34,675 nucleotides of DNA from Spirochaetaceae bacterium (GTDB lineage: Bacteria > Spirochaetota > Spirochaetia > UBA9216), in the NCBI GenBank assembly GCA_028527945.1, contig JAQQAK010000013.1, forward strand, positions 1 to 34,675, written 5' to 3'. The notes under the pieces are model-generated. The model did not search any database and was not told where the DNA came from. It worked only from the letters and a program-made list of their open reading frames with translations. Positions 15,919-24,600 of this stretch are shown here, piece after piece. The translations under genes and the position numbers were made by a program. Positions within the stretch are counted from its first letter, which is position 1; the number at the start of each line of letters is the position of its first letter.

Positions 15919-17955
15919 TTAGGAAAGTGGTCTTATATTAATTACAGAAGGTATCGTTCTTATGCTTTTCAGAATTTGTTTGTAGTCAACTCCCTTTGTC
16001 ATTTCCATTGTGAAGTTTCCTTTCAAGTTTCCTTTATCATTTTCCTCAAGCTTTCCTTCAATAAGGTGGCCGCCGAATTTTCTTATAGAACCTTCTATTT
16101 CTGAAAAGAGATCATTTGTAATTTTAGATGTAACCTCAAAACGCCTTGAAGCTGTAGGAGAAACAGCTTCCCATTCAACTATAACGCTTCTTTCCTTAAA
16201 CTCATTAATGTTTTTCAGATTAGGACAGTCTGTTCTGTGTACGATTATTCCCCTTCCACGAGACACATATCCAATAATGCTGTCTCCTGTAGTTGGTTTA
16301 CAACAGTTTGCAAGGCTTATCATCATATTTTTTTCATCGCCAATTTTAAAGCTTACTTTGGACGAATCAACTACATGTTTTACTATGTTTGTTAAATCTT
16401 TTTTCTCTGATTTTGAGGCTTGATCTGTTTTATCTTTTTCGGGCTCTTCGTGAAGCGGTTTACTCTTTGCAATTATGTTTTTTTCAATGATAAGGTCTTC
16501 AGTATTTTTATTAAGCCATTGTCTGATTTTAGTTTTTGCTTTCTGGGTTCTTGCAAAGCGCAGCCAGTTTATATTGGGTTTTCCTCGGTTTGATGTTAGT
16601 ATTTCTACAACTTGGGTATTCTTTAATGGAGTATTAAGAGGAATTATTGATCCGTCAGCTTTGGCTCCAATACATCTATTTCCAACTTCAGTATGAATAT
16701 GATAGGCAAAATCTATTGGTGTAGCATCTTTTGCCATTTCAACTATATGCCCTTTGGGGGTGAAGACATAAATTGAATCTTTCAAGAGTTCAGTCTTTAC
16801 ATCTTCCCAGAATTCTGCCTGTGGAACATGCTGTTCATTCCATCTTTTTAGTTTATTAATAATTGCAAGCTCTTCAATTTTGCTGCTATCGGTGTTTTCT
16901 TTATAAATCCAGTGGGCGGCAACTCCGTACTCCGCTGTATAATGCATTGCGTAGGTACGAATCTGTACTTCAAGAATTCTTCCATCAAAGCCCATAACAG
17001 TTGTATGAAGGCTTTGATAATGATTGGACTTAGGCATGGCAATATAATCTTTAAACCTGTTGGCAATAGGCGGCCATATTCTGTGAACAAGACCCAGGAG
17101 CGTATAGCATTCATTTGTTGTATTACAAAGAATTCTAATACCAAGCAAGTCATTTATCTCGTCTACGGCTTTTTTTCGTTTTTTCATTTTAAGATAAACT
17201 GAGTAAATATGCTTTGCTCTTGTTGTGACTTCTATTTCTATTCCTTCATTTTTTGCGGCTTTGAGAATGGTCTTTTCTATTTTCTTCAAATAGGCAAGAT
17301 TTTCATTGTGAGCAAGATTTATTGTTCCTGACAACTGCTCATATACATCTGGTTTAAGATGTTTTAATGCAAGATCTTCCAAATCTGTTTTTAAGCCTGA
17401 AATTCCCAGACGGTCAGCTAATGGGACATATATTTCAATACATTCTTTTGCAATACGTTTCTTTTTCTCTTCAGGCAAATATTGAAGAGTCTGCATGTTA
17501 TGAAGTTTGTCAGATAATTTTATTATTATTACACGAATATCCTTTGTCATTGCCATCAGCATTTTTCGCATTGTCTCTGTTTCCTGAATGCTTTTGCTCT
17601 TTGCCTTAACAAGTGATATTTTAGTTACTCCGTCAACAAGATTTACAACTTCCCGCCCAAATTCTTTGCGCATTTCTGTTTCAGAAGTTGCTGTGTCTTC
17701 AAGTACATCATGTAAAAGCGCGGCAATAATTGTTTCCTGATCCATTCCAAGATCGACAAGAAACTCCGCTACTTTTAATGGATGAATAAAGAATGGCTCA
17801 CCGCTGGCACGTTTTTGGTCTCCGTGTTTTAGTTGAGCCCATTCAACAGCCTTCATTATTCGCGCTTTTTTAGTAGGTCTGTACTTTGACAGTTTTTTTT
17901 CAAATTTACTGATTGAATCTTCCACGGCTCTCCTGCTTTCATTAAAGATACTCAT
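15919..17955 (-). CDS. relA: Bifunctional (p)ppGpp synthetase/hydrolase (long RSH, Rel)
   Basis: H.DQKRASGEPFFIHP, ALLHDVLEDT (intact HD), RFKDYIAMPK.N.YQSLHT, TGS (VFTPKG...DFAY.IHTEVG), ZFD (CCKP...GY...H..DC), C-terminal ACT-like domain. Confidence 0.96.
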   Translation of the reverse strand: MSIFNESRRAVEDSISKFEKKLSKYRPTKKARIMKAVEWAQLKHGDQKRASGEPFFIHPLKVAEFLVDLGMDQETIIAALLHDVLEDTATSETEMRKEFGREVVNLVDGVTKISLVKAKSKSIQETETMRKMLMAMTKDIRVIIIKLSDKLHNMQTLQYLPEEKKKRIAKECIEIYVPLADRLGISGLKTDLEDLALKHLKPDVYEQLSGTINLAHNENLAYLKKIEKTILKAAKNEGIEIEVTTRAKHIYSVYLKMKKRKKAVDEINDLLGIRILCNTTNECYTLLGLVHRIWPPIANRFKDYIAMPKSNHYQSLHTTVMGFDGRILEVQIRTYAMHYTAEYGVAAHWIYKENTDSSKIEELAIINKLKRWNEQHVPQAEFWEDVKTELLKDSIYVFTPKGHIVEMAKDATPIDFAYHIHTEVGNRCIGAKADGSIIPLNTPLKNTQVVEILTSNRGKPNINWLRFARTQKAKTKIRQWLNKNTEDLIIEKNIIAKSKPLHEEPEKDKTDQASKSEKKDLTNIVKHVVDSSKVSFKIGDEKNMMISLANCCKPTTGDSIIGYVSRGRGIIVHRTDCPNLKNINEFKERSVIVEWEAVSPTASRRFEVTSKITNDLFSEIEGSIRKFGGHLIEGKLEENDKGNLKGNFTMEMTKGVDYKQILKSIRTIPSVINIRPLS

Positions 17956-18052
17956 TATTATCGAGATGATCCATAGATATTCTTAATATTGCATCATGTT
18001 GAACCTCTATCAAGACTTTACTATTTTGGTACTAAGTCTTACTTTATAAATT

Positions 18053-19519
18053 ATGCGGAATAAAACAATATTTTTATTGATAGTAGTAATTGCTGTTTTT
18101 ATGTCGGTTCCAATTTGGTCTGAAGAACAGGATACGAAAGAAGAATTATGGACGCTGCAAAAAGAGTTAAATTTACTTGGGCCGCGTTTTACTGGTAATG
18201 AGGCTCATCAGAAGTTCATAAATCTTATTAAGTCAGAACTTGATAAATACAGCATTGATTATAAAGAAGATGTTTATAAATTTAACAGATGGGAAGCTCA
18301 GGATTATAGTTTAAAAGTTGATGAGATAAATATTCCTGTAAGCTTTTACTATCCTTACTCAGGAATAACTTCAGCTGAAGGTGTAACTGCCCCTCTGATT
18401 TTTTGTAAATCTTCATCAGATTTTAGAAAGGCTAAGGGAAAGATTGTTGTTGTCAAAGCAGGTGTAAAGGCTCTTCCAACTGGTCTCCTTTTTAAAATAA
18501 GAAATACAAAACCAGGAGTTGAGCGTTTACCAACCAGAATTAAAAATCCTGTTGTGGCTTCTGTTTTAAATGGTCATTTGCTTAAAAAGGCAAAAAAGAG
18601 TGGGGCTCTTGGCGCTGTTCTTATTTGGGAAGGAATTTCTGCTGATAACGCCAAGGGACAATATCTTCCGTTTACAAGCGGGTATAAAGATTTTCCAGTG
18701 TTATGGGTTGATTCTAAAAATGGAGAAAGGCTTCTCTCTTCTGCTGAAAAAGATGCGTCCGCGACACTTACCCTGAATGCCAGGCTTGAATTATCAGAAA
18801 CTTCTACTATTTATGCTGTTATTCCGGGTAAGAGTAAAACAGAAACGGTAATAGTAAATACTCACACTGATGGTACAAATGCGGTCGAAGAAAATGGTGC
18901 TATAGCTCTTATAGCGCTTGCAAAAGCTATGTCTATAAAAGATGAAAAACCGGAGCGTACAACTGTCTTTGTGTTTGCTACAGGACATTTTCAGCTTCCA
19001 CAATTTGGAATTGACGAGCAGCAGGCTACTTCACGCTGGTTAAATGATCATCCTGAATTTTGGGATGGAAAAGACGGGCACGCAAAAGCTGTTGCTGGTT
19101 TGACAATAGAGCATCTTGGATGTATGGAATGGAAAGATGAAAAAAATAATAACAACTACAAGGCTACTGGCAAGATTGATTTTGAGCTGGTATATACCGC
19201 TAACAAGGAAATGAATCAAATATATCTTGACGCAATAAAAGATCGAAAAATGCTGCGTACTATTACATTAAGACCCAGAAATTCTCTTTATTTTGGAGAA
19301 GGTCAGCCTCTGTTTCAACGTGATATTCCAACAATTTCTCTTGTCCCAGCACCGGATTATCTTTGCAAAGTTTCTGAGAATGGTGAAATAGATAAAATAA
19401 ACTCAACACTTCTTTATGAGCAGTATCAAACCTTTGTTAAAATATTAGATAAGATAGACAGTCTTCCTTCCAAAGAGTTTGGCTCTGTTCAGAAACAATC
19501 AATAGGTCTATTTTATTAG
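18053..19519 (+). CDS. Secreted PA-domain M28-like peptidase/hydrolase (non-canonical ligands)
   Basis: Signal peptide; GPRFTG..AH, GVTAPL...KGKIVV...AKKSGALGA (PA domain), VIVNTHTDG, AVEENG, RT.VFVFATGH. Confidence 0.7.
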   Translation: MRNKTIFLLIVVIAVFMSVPIWSEEQDTKEELWTLQKELNLLGPRFTGNEAHQKFINLIKSELDKYSIDYKEDVYKFNRWEAQDYSLKVDEINIPVSFYYPYSGITSAEGVTAPLIFCKSSSDFRKAKGKIVVVKAGVKALPTGLLFKIRNTKPGVERLPTRIKNPVVASVLNGHLLKKAKKSGALGAVLIWEGISADNAKGQYLPFTSGYKDFPVLWVDSKNGERLLSSAEKDASATLTLNARLELSETSTIYAVIPGKSKTETVIVNTHTDGTNAVEENGAIALIALAKAMSIKDEKPERTTVFVFATGHFQLPQFGIDEQQATSRWLNDHPEFWDGKDGHAKAVAGLTIEHLGCMEWKDEKNNNNYKATGKIDFELVYTANKEMNQIYLDAIKDRKMLRTITLRPRNSLYFGEGQPLFQRDIPTISLVPAPDYLCKVSENGEIDKINSTLLYEQYQTFVKILDKIDSLPSKEFGSVQKQSIGLFY

Positions 19520-19576
19520 AGACGTTAAAACTTAAAATATTTTCAACTATAACGTATCAGAAAGATGTTAGAGCAT

Positions 19577-20413
19577 TTATTTCATGCCGCTTGTTACTCT
19601 GTTTCGTCCTTCAATGTCCTTTGTTATTTCAATATTATGAAAACCAGCTTTTGATAAAAGTTCAGATATTTTCTCAGCTTGATCCTGGCCTGCTTCTATT
19701 AAAAGATAACCATTATCATTTAGATGATTTAAAGAAGACCTTATAATTTCTCTTATTAAATCAAGTCCGTCTTCTCCTCCATCAAGTGCTATTTTCGGTT
19801 CTGGCCACCCTGAATCAAGCATATGCTGTGTTTCTGAAGATTTTACATATGGAGGGTTTGTTACTATTATATCGAAAAACCCTTCTATTTTATCAAACAG
19901 ACTGCCATTGACAAAGTTTATATCAGCCTCAAGTGTTTTAGCGTTCTTTTGCGCTACATTAAGAGCTTCTTTTGAAATATCAGATACAGTAACTTCAAGT
20001 TCTGGTTTTTCAAGCTTGAGAGTTATCCCTATACACCCTGAACCTGTGCATAAATCAAGAATCCTGTTGTTTTTGTCTGATGTAAGGCTTAATGTTTTTT
20101 CTATAATAGTTTCAGTATCCGGCCTTGGTACAAGAACTGAGTTGTCAACATAGAAATCTCTTCCATAAAACTCTTTAACATTTCTAATGTAGGATACTGG
20201 CTGGCCTGACAGCCTCTTTTTTAGCATCTTTTCAAATTTATTCTGTACTTCTACTGGTACAAAATCCGGATAAGACGCAAATAGTTTTTCTTTCGTAATT
20301 TCGGCAGCATGTGTTAATAACACAGATGCATCAAGCAGGGGAGTATCACAAAACAGCACTTCTGATTTGGAAAGCCTCTCTGAGGCATTTCCAAGAAGTT
20401 CTCTGTAGGTCAT
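19577..20413 (-). CDS. prmC: Release factor glutamine N5-methyltransferase PrmC/HemK
   Basis: VLVPRPDTE, LDLCTGSGCI, NPPY, ALDGG.DGL; directly downstream of prfA. Confidence 0.97.
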   Translation of the reverse strand: MTYRELLGNASERLSKSEVLFCDTPLLDASVLLTHAAEITKEKLFASYPDFVPVEVQNKFEKMLKKRLSGQPVSYIRNVKEFYGRDFYVDNSVLVPRPDTETIIEKTLSLTSDKNNRILDLCTGSGCIGITLKLEKPELEVTVSDISKEALNVAQKNAKTLEADINFVNGSLFDKIEGFFDIIVTNPPYVKSSETQHMLDSGWPEPKIALDGGEDGLDLIREIIRSSLNHLNDNGYLLIEAGQDQAEKISELLSKAGFHNIEITKDIEGRNRVTSGMK

Positions 20414-20417
20414 TTTT

Positions 20418-21485
20418 TTACTGATTAGCCTTAAGGTAAGCTTCTCTGTCGCTTAGTTTTAGAGCCTCGATTACTTCATCCATTTCACCTGTCATAATTG
20501 CGTCTAACCTGTAAAGGGTAAGATTTATTCGGTGATCGGTTAATCTGTTCTGTGGAAAGTTGTAAGTTCTAATTCTTTCTGAACGGTCTCCTGAGCCAAC
20601 CTGACTCTTTCTTGCGTCTGCCCGTTCTTTTGCTTTTCTGGCCTCTTCTGCCTCAAATAATCTTGCGCGCAAAACTCTTAGAGCTTTTGCCTTGTTTTTA
20701 ATTTGGGATTTTTCGTCCTGACATGTTACAACAACACCAGTTGGCAGGTGGGTTATTCTTACAGCAGAATCTGTAGTATTAACACTCTGTCCGCCAGGGC
20801 CTGAAGATCTGTAAACATCAATTTTAAGATCTTCCTGTTTTATTTCTATATCAGTGTCTTCTGCTTCAGGCAAAACTGCTACAGTAACTGCTGATGTATG
20901 AACACGTCCGCCTGATTCTGTCGCGGGGACACGCTGAACTCTATGAACCCCGCTCTCATATTTGAGATCTCCGTAAACACTTTTACCGCTTATAGAAAAG
21001 GCTATTTCCTTGAATCCTCCAAGATTTATCTCGTTGCTGGACATTATTTCAACCTTCCATCCTCTTGTTTCAGCCAATCTTGAATACATTCTAAATAGAT
21101 CCGCGGCAAATAGGGCGGCTTCGTCTCCACCTGTTCCGGCTCTAATTTCCATGATAATATTTTTAAGATCCATTGGATCTTTTGGAATAAGAAGCGTCTT
21201 TAAGTCCGCTTCGGATTTCTCGAATTCTTCTTCCAGCCCTTTCAGCTCTTCATGAGCCATTTCTTTCATTTCCGCGTCTTGTTCGTTTTCTATTAAAACT
21301 TTGGCATCTTCTATTTCAGACTTAATACGTTTGTAATTTTTTATTTCTGTTACAACTTCAAGCAGATGAGAATGTTCCTGAGCAACTTCTTTGTAATGTT
21401 TCATATCTTTCATTATGTCAGGATCGCTAATTTGTTTTTCGAGCTCAGAAAAGCGGGCTTCGATTTCTTCGAGTTTGTCTATCAT
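20418..21485 (-). CDS. prfA: Peptide chain release factor 1
   Basis: [22 protein letters not shown] (PxT motif), [14 protein letters not shown] (GGQ), [12 protein letters not shown]. Confidence 0.98.
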   Translation of the reverse strand: MIDKLEEIEARFSELEKQISDPDIMKDMKHYKEVAQEHSHLLEVVTEIKNYKRIKSEIEDAKVLIENEQDAEMKEMAHEELKGLEEEFEKSEADLKTLLIPKDPMDLKNIIMEIRAGTGGDEAALFAADLFRMYSRLAETRGWKVEIMSSNEINLGGFKEIAFSISGKSVYGDLKYESGVHRVQRVPATESGGRVHTSAVTVAVLPEAEDTDIEIKQEDLKIDVYRSSGPGGQSVNTTDSAVRITHLPTGVVVTCQDEKSQIKNKAKALRVLRARLFEAEEARKAKERADARKSQVGSGDRSERIRTYNFPQNRLTDHRINLTLYRLDAIMTGEMDEVIEALKLSDREAYLKANQ

Positions 21486-21491
21486 CCAATC

Positions 21492-21520
21492 AAGATACCA
21501 GAAAAAATTAAATAATTCAA
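21492..21520 (-). promoter_or_regulatory. sigma-70 promoter of prfA-prmC (leaderless architecture)
   Basis: Minus strand TTGAAT-17nt-TATCTT with TG extension, ending 6 nt before the ATG. Confidence 0.55.
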
Positions 21521-21600
21521 CGAGAACAAAAAAAGATGATAAGAGTTAGTCTTCAAGTTTATTAATATCAAAAATAGGTGCAATGCAAAATTATGACAAC

Positions 21601-21629
21601 TTGACAGTAGACTCTCAATAGAATAGCCT
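21601..21629 (+). promoter_or_regulatory. sigma-70 promoter of the alpha-2-macroglobulin gene (leaderless architecture)
   Basis: TTGACA-17nt-TAGCCT, ending 6 nt before ATG 21636; no SD. Confidence 0.55.
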
Positions 21630-21635
21630 TTATTC

Positions 21636-24600
21636 ATGAATGATAAAATAAATCTCTCAAAAATTACAGAATGGATAAAAAAGCATAAGCTATTATTTTT
21701 AGGCATTGCCATAGCTGTTGTTGTTTTTATTGGAATATTCGCTATAGGTGGTCGTCAGGCAGCGAAGCCTCAGCCTATAGAGATAAGCTTCTCAGTTGAT
21801 GAACCTTTTGATACAGATTACAGCGAGAATCATATTTATCCTCTAACTGTTTATTTTCGTGGCTCAGCGGCAATAATTGATGATGTAGGAAAGACTCCTT
21901 CAGTTCTTCCAGAGATAAATCCTGCTATTCCGGGTGAATGGCGATGGGAAGATGAATCAACCTTGAGTTTTAGCCCTTCTGAGCCTTGGGGGATTGGTGA
22001 AGATTATAGTGTTAAATTTTCTGATGATCTTTTTCCTGAACATGTAAAGGTTTTAAAAAAGACATTTGATTTTTCTATGAGTCCGTTTCAGATATCTCTT
22101 TCTAACAGCGAATTTTATATAGATCCTTATGACAGCAGCATCAAACGCATATTGTCGGAGATTCATTGTAATTATCCAATTTCTAAAGAGGAGCTTAATG
22201 AACATATAACTATTCATCCTGATATAAAGGCCTCTTCGGGAAAGGTTGAAAATCGAGATTATTCTTTTGAAACAAATATCAGTGAAGACGGCAAGACCGT
22301 TTATATTGTTTCTGAGTCTGTTGGAATGCCGGCTGAAGAAATAAACATGCAGATTACCGTTAAGCCGGGGCTTGTTTCAGCATATGGTGGAAAGAGTATT
22401 AAAGATTTAAAATCTGCGTCTGTGACAATTCCAGGTTTATCTACCTATGTCAGGATCAATGACATTGAACATAATATGATTAAAAACGATCAGATGCGCT
22501 ATGAGCAGATTTTAACGATAGACTCAAAGGGTAGAGCTGATATTGATGAGGTAGCTGACAATCTTGAAATATGGCTTCTTCCTGTTGACAGGCCGGCTCT
22601 TCCAGGGCTTAAGGCCAGAAAAGATTACAGTTGGGGAGCACCTGAAGAGGTTGTACCAGAGGTTTTAAAGCTTGGTAAAAAACTGGATTTTACAGCTATT
22701 CCAGTATCAGGCCGTTATAATTCAGTAAACAGCTTCAAGATAGACGGTCCTCCTGACAGGTATATTTATGTTAAGCTTAAGGAAGGAATTAAATTCTACG
22801 GTGGTTATTATCTTGGCAGAGATTATAAACAAATTATTCAGCTTAAAGATTATCCTCGTGAGGTTTCAATTCTTTCAGAAGGCTCTGTTTTATCTTTATC
22901 AGGTAGCCGGAAACTCTCTATGCTTAGCCGGGGAATTCCTGAAGTTGATTACAGAATAAGCCGTGTTCGTCCTGATGATTTAAACCACCTTGTCAGCCAG
23001 TCTAATGGGAATCTGTCCAATTTCAGGTTTTCCAATTACAGGTTTGATGATGAAAACATTTCTGAAATTTACAGAGAATCCAGGCAGATTAGCAATTCAA
23101 CTGATCCGCAGGAACTTACTTATTTCTCATTTGATTTTAATAAATATTTAAATGATGTGCCTAAGGACCATTTGAGTAAGGGGCTTTTTATTTTTTCAGT
23201 AAAAGGAGCTCATCCATATACCTGGTACTCTGACAAGCGGTTTATTCTTGTCACAGATCTTGGTTTGCTTGTTAAAACCAGTGATAACGGTAGCAAAGAT
23301 GTATTTGTTCAATCTCTTAAAGATGGGAGTCCTGTCTCTTCAGCTGTTGTTGAGCTTTGGGGAAAGAATGGAAATGTTATAAAATCTTCTAGTACAGGAA
23401 ACGGTGGACATGTCAGCTTCAGTGGTCTTGAAAAATTTGAGAATGAACATGAACCTGTTGCCTGGGTTGTTAGATACGAAGGTGATTTCTCTTTTATGCC
23501 TTATAAGGAGCAGGATAGACGCCTTGATTTTTCCAATTTTGATATAGGCGGGGTTCACGGAGTTCAGGATCCTAAAAAACTTTCTGCTTATCTTTTTTCA
23601 GACAGAGGAATTTATCGTCCTGGTGACCGTTTTAATATTGGTATTATTGTAAAAGCAGGAGACTGGGGAATAGATCTTGGTGGAACTCCGCTTGAATATA
23701 CTATTACAGATCCATCCGGTCTTAATATAAATACACGCTCAATAAAGTTGTCGTCTTCAGGTTTTGAAGAGATTAATTATACAACACAGGCGTCTTCTCC
23801 AACCGGAAAATATACTATTTCACTTTTTGTTATAGAAGATTCAAAAAGGCAAAAGAGGACTTTTCTTGGTTCTACTCAGGTCAAGGTTGAAGAATTCTTA
23901 CCTGACACTCTTACTGTAAATGCCGGTTTTGCTGGAGCTTCTACTGATGGGTGGATATATCCAGATGATGTTACTGCCGAGATAAGCGCGAGAAATCTTT
24001 TTGGAACCCCAGCTGCCGGCAACAAGGTTAAGATGTCAATGACTCTTTCTCCCGGATACAGAAATTACCGTCAGTACCCTGATTATGATTTTTCTGATCC
24101 ACTGATTGCAGATGACAGTTATTCAGAAGATTTGGGTAGTCTTAGGACTGATGCTAATGGTATGGTTTCGCGGAAGATTAATCTTGACAAATTTGCGGTA
24201 GGAACATATCGACTCAGGATTAATTCTGAAGTTTTTGAAAAAGAGAGTGGGCGTAGTGTTAACGCCTCTGCGAGTGTTGTTGTTTCTCCTCTCAAGTTTG
24301 TTGTTGGCCGAAAGGTTGACGGAAGCGCTAAGTATATAAAGAAGGGGGCTGAACGTAATATCAGCTTCATAGCTATTAATAATAATCTTGAAAAGATAGA
24401 CGCTAAAAACTTGAAGCTTCGAATTAGTGAGATGAAATATGTTTCTTCACTGGTTAGGCAGCCAAATGGAGTTTATAAATATAAATCTATCGAGAAGGAA
24501 TCTCCTATATCTGAGGCTGATTTTACTATATCTGTTGGCAGCACAGAAATGGCTCTGCCTACATCTACTCCCGGTGACTATACCATCTCTGTTGTGGCTG

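Noticed and set aside
20418-21485. Programmed frameshift in the release factor gene
   Set aside because: This is RF1 (PAT motif) in one continuous frame; the frameshift is a prfB feature.
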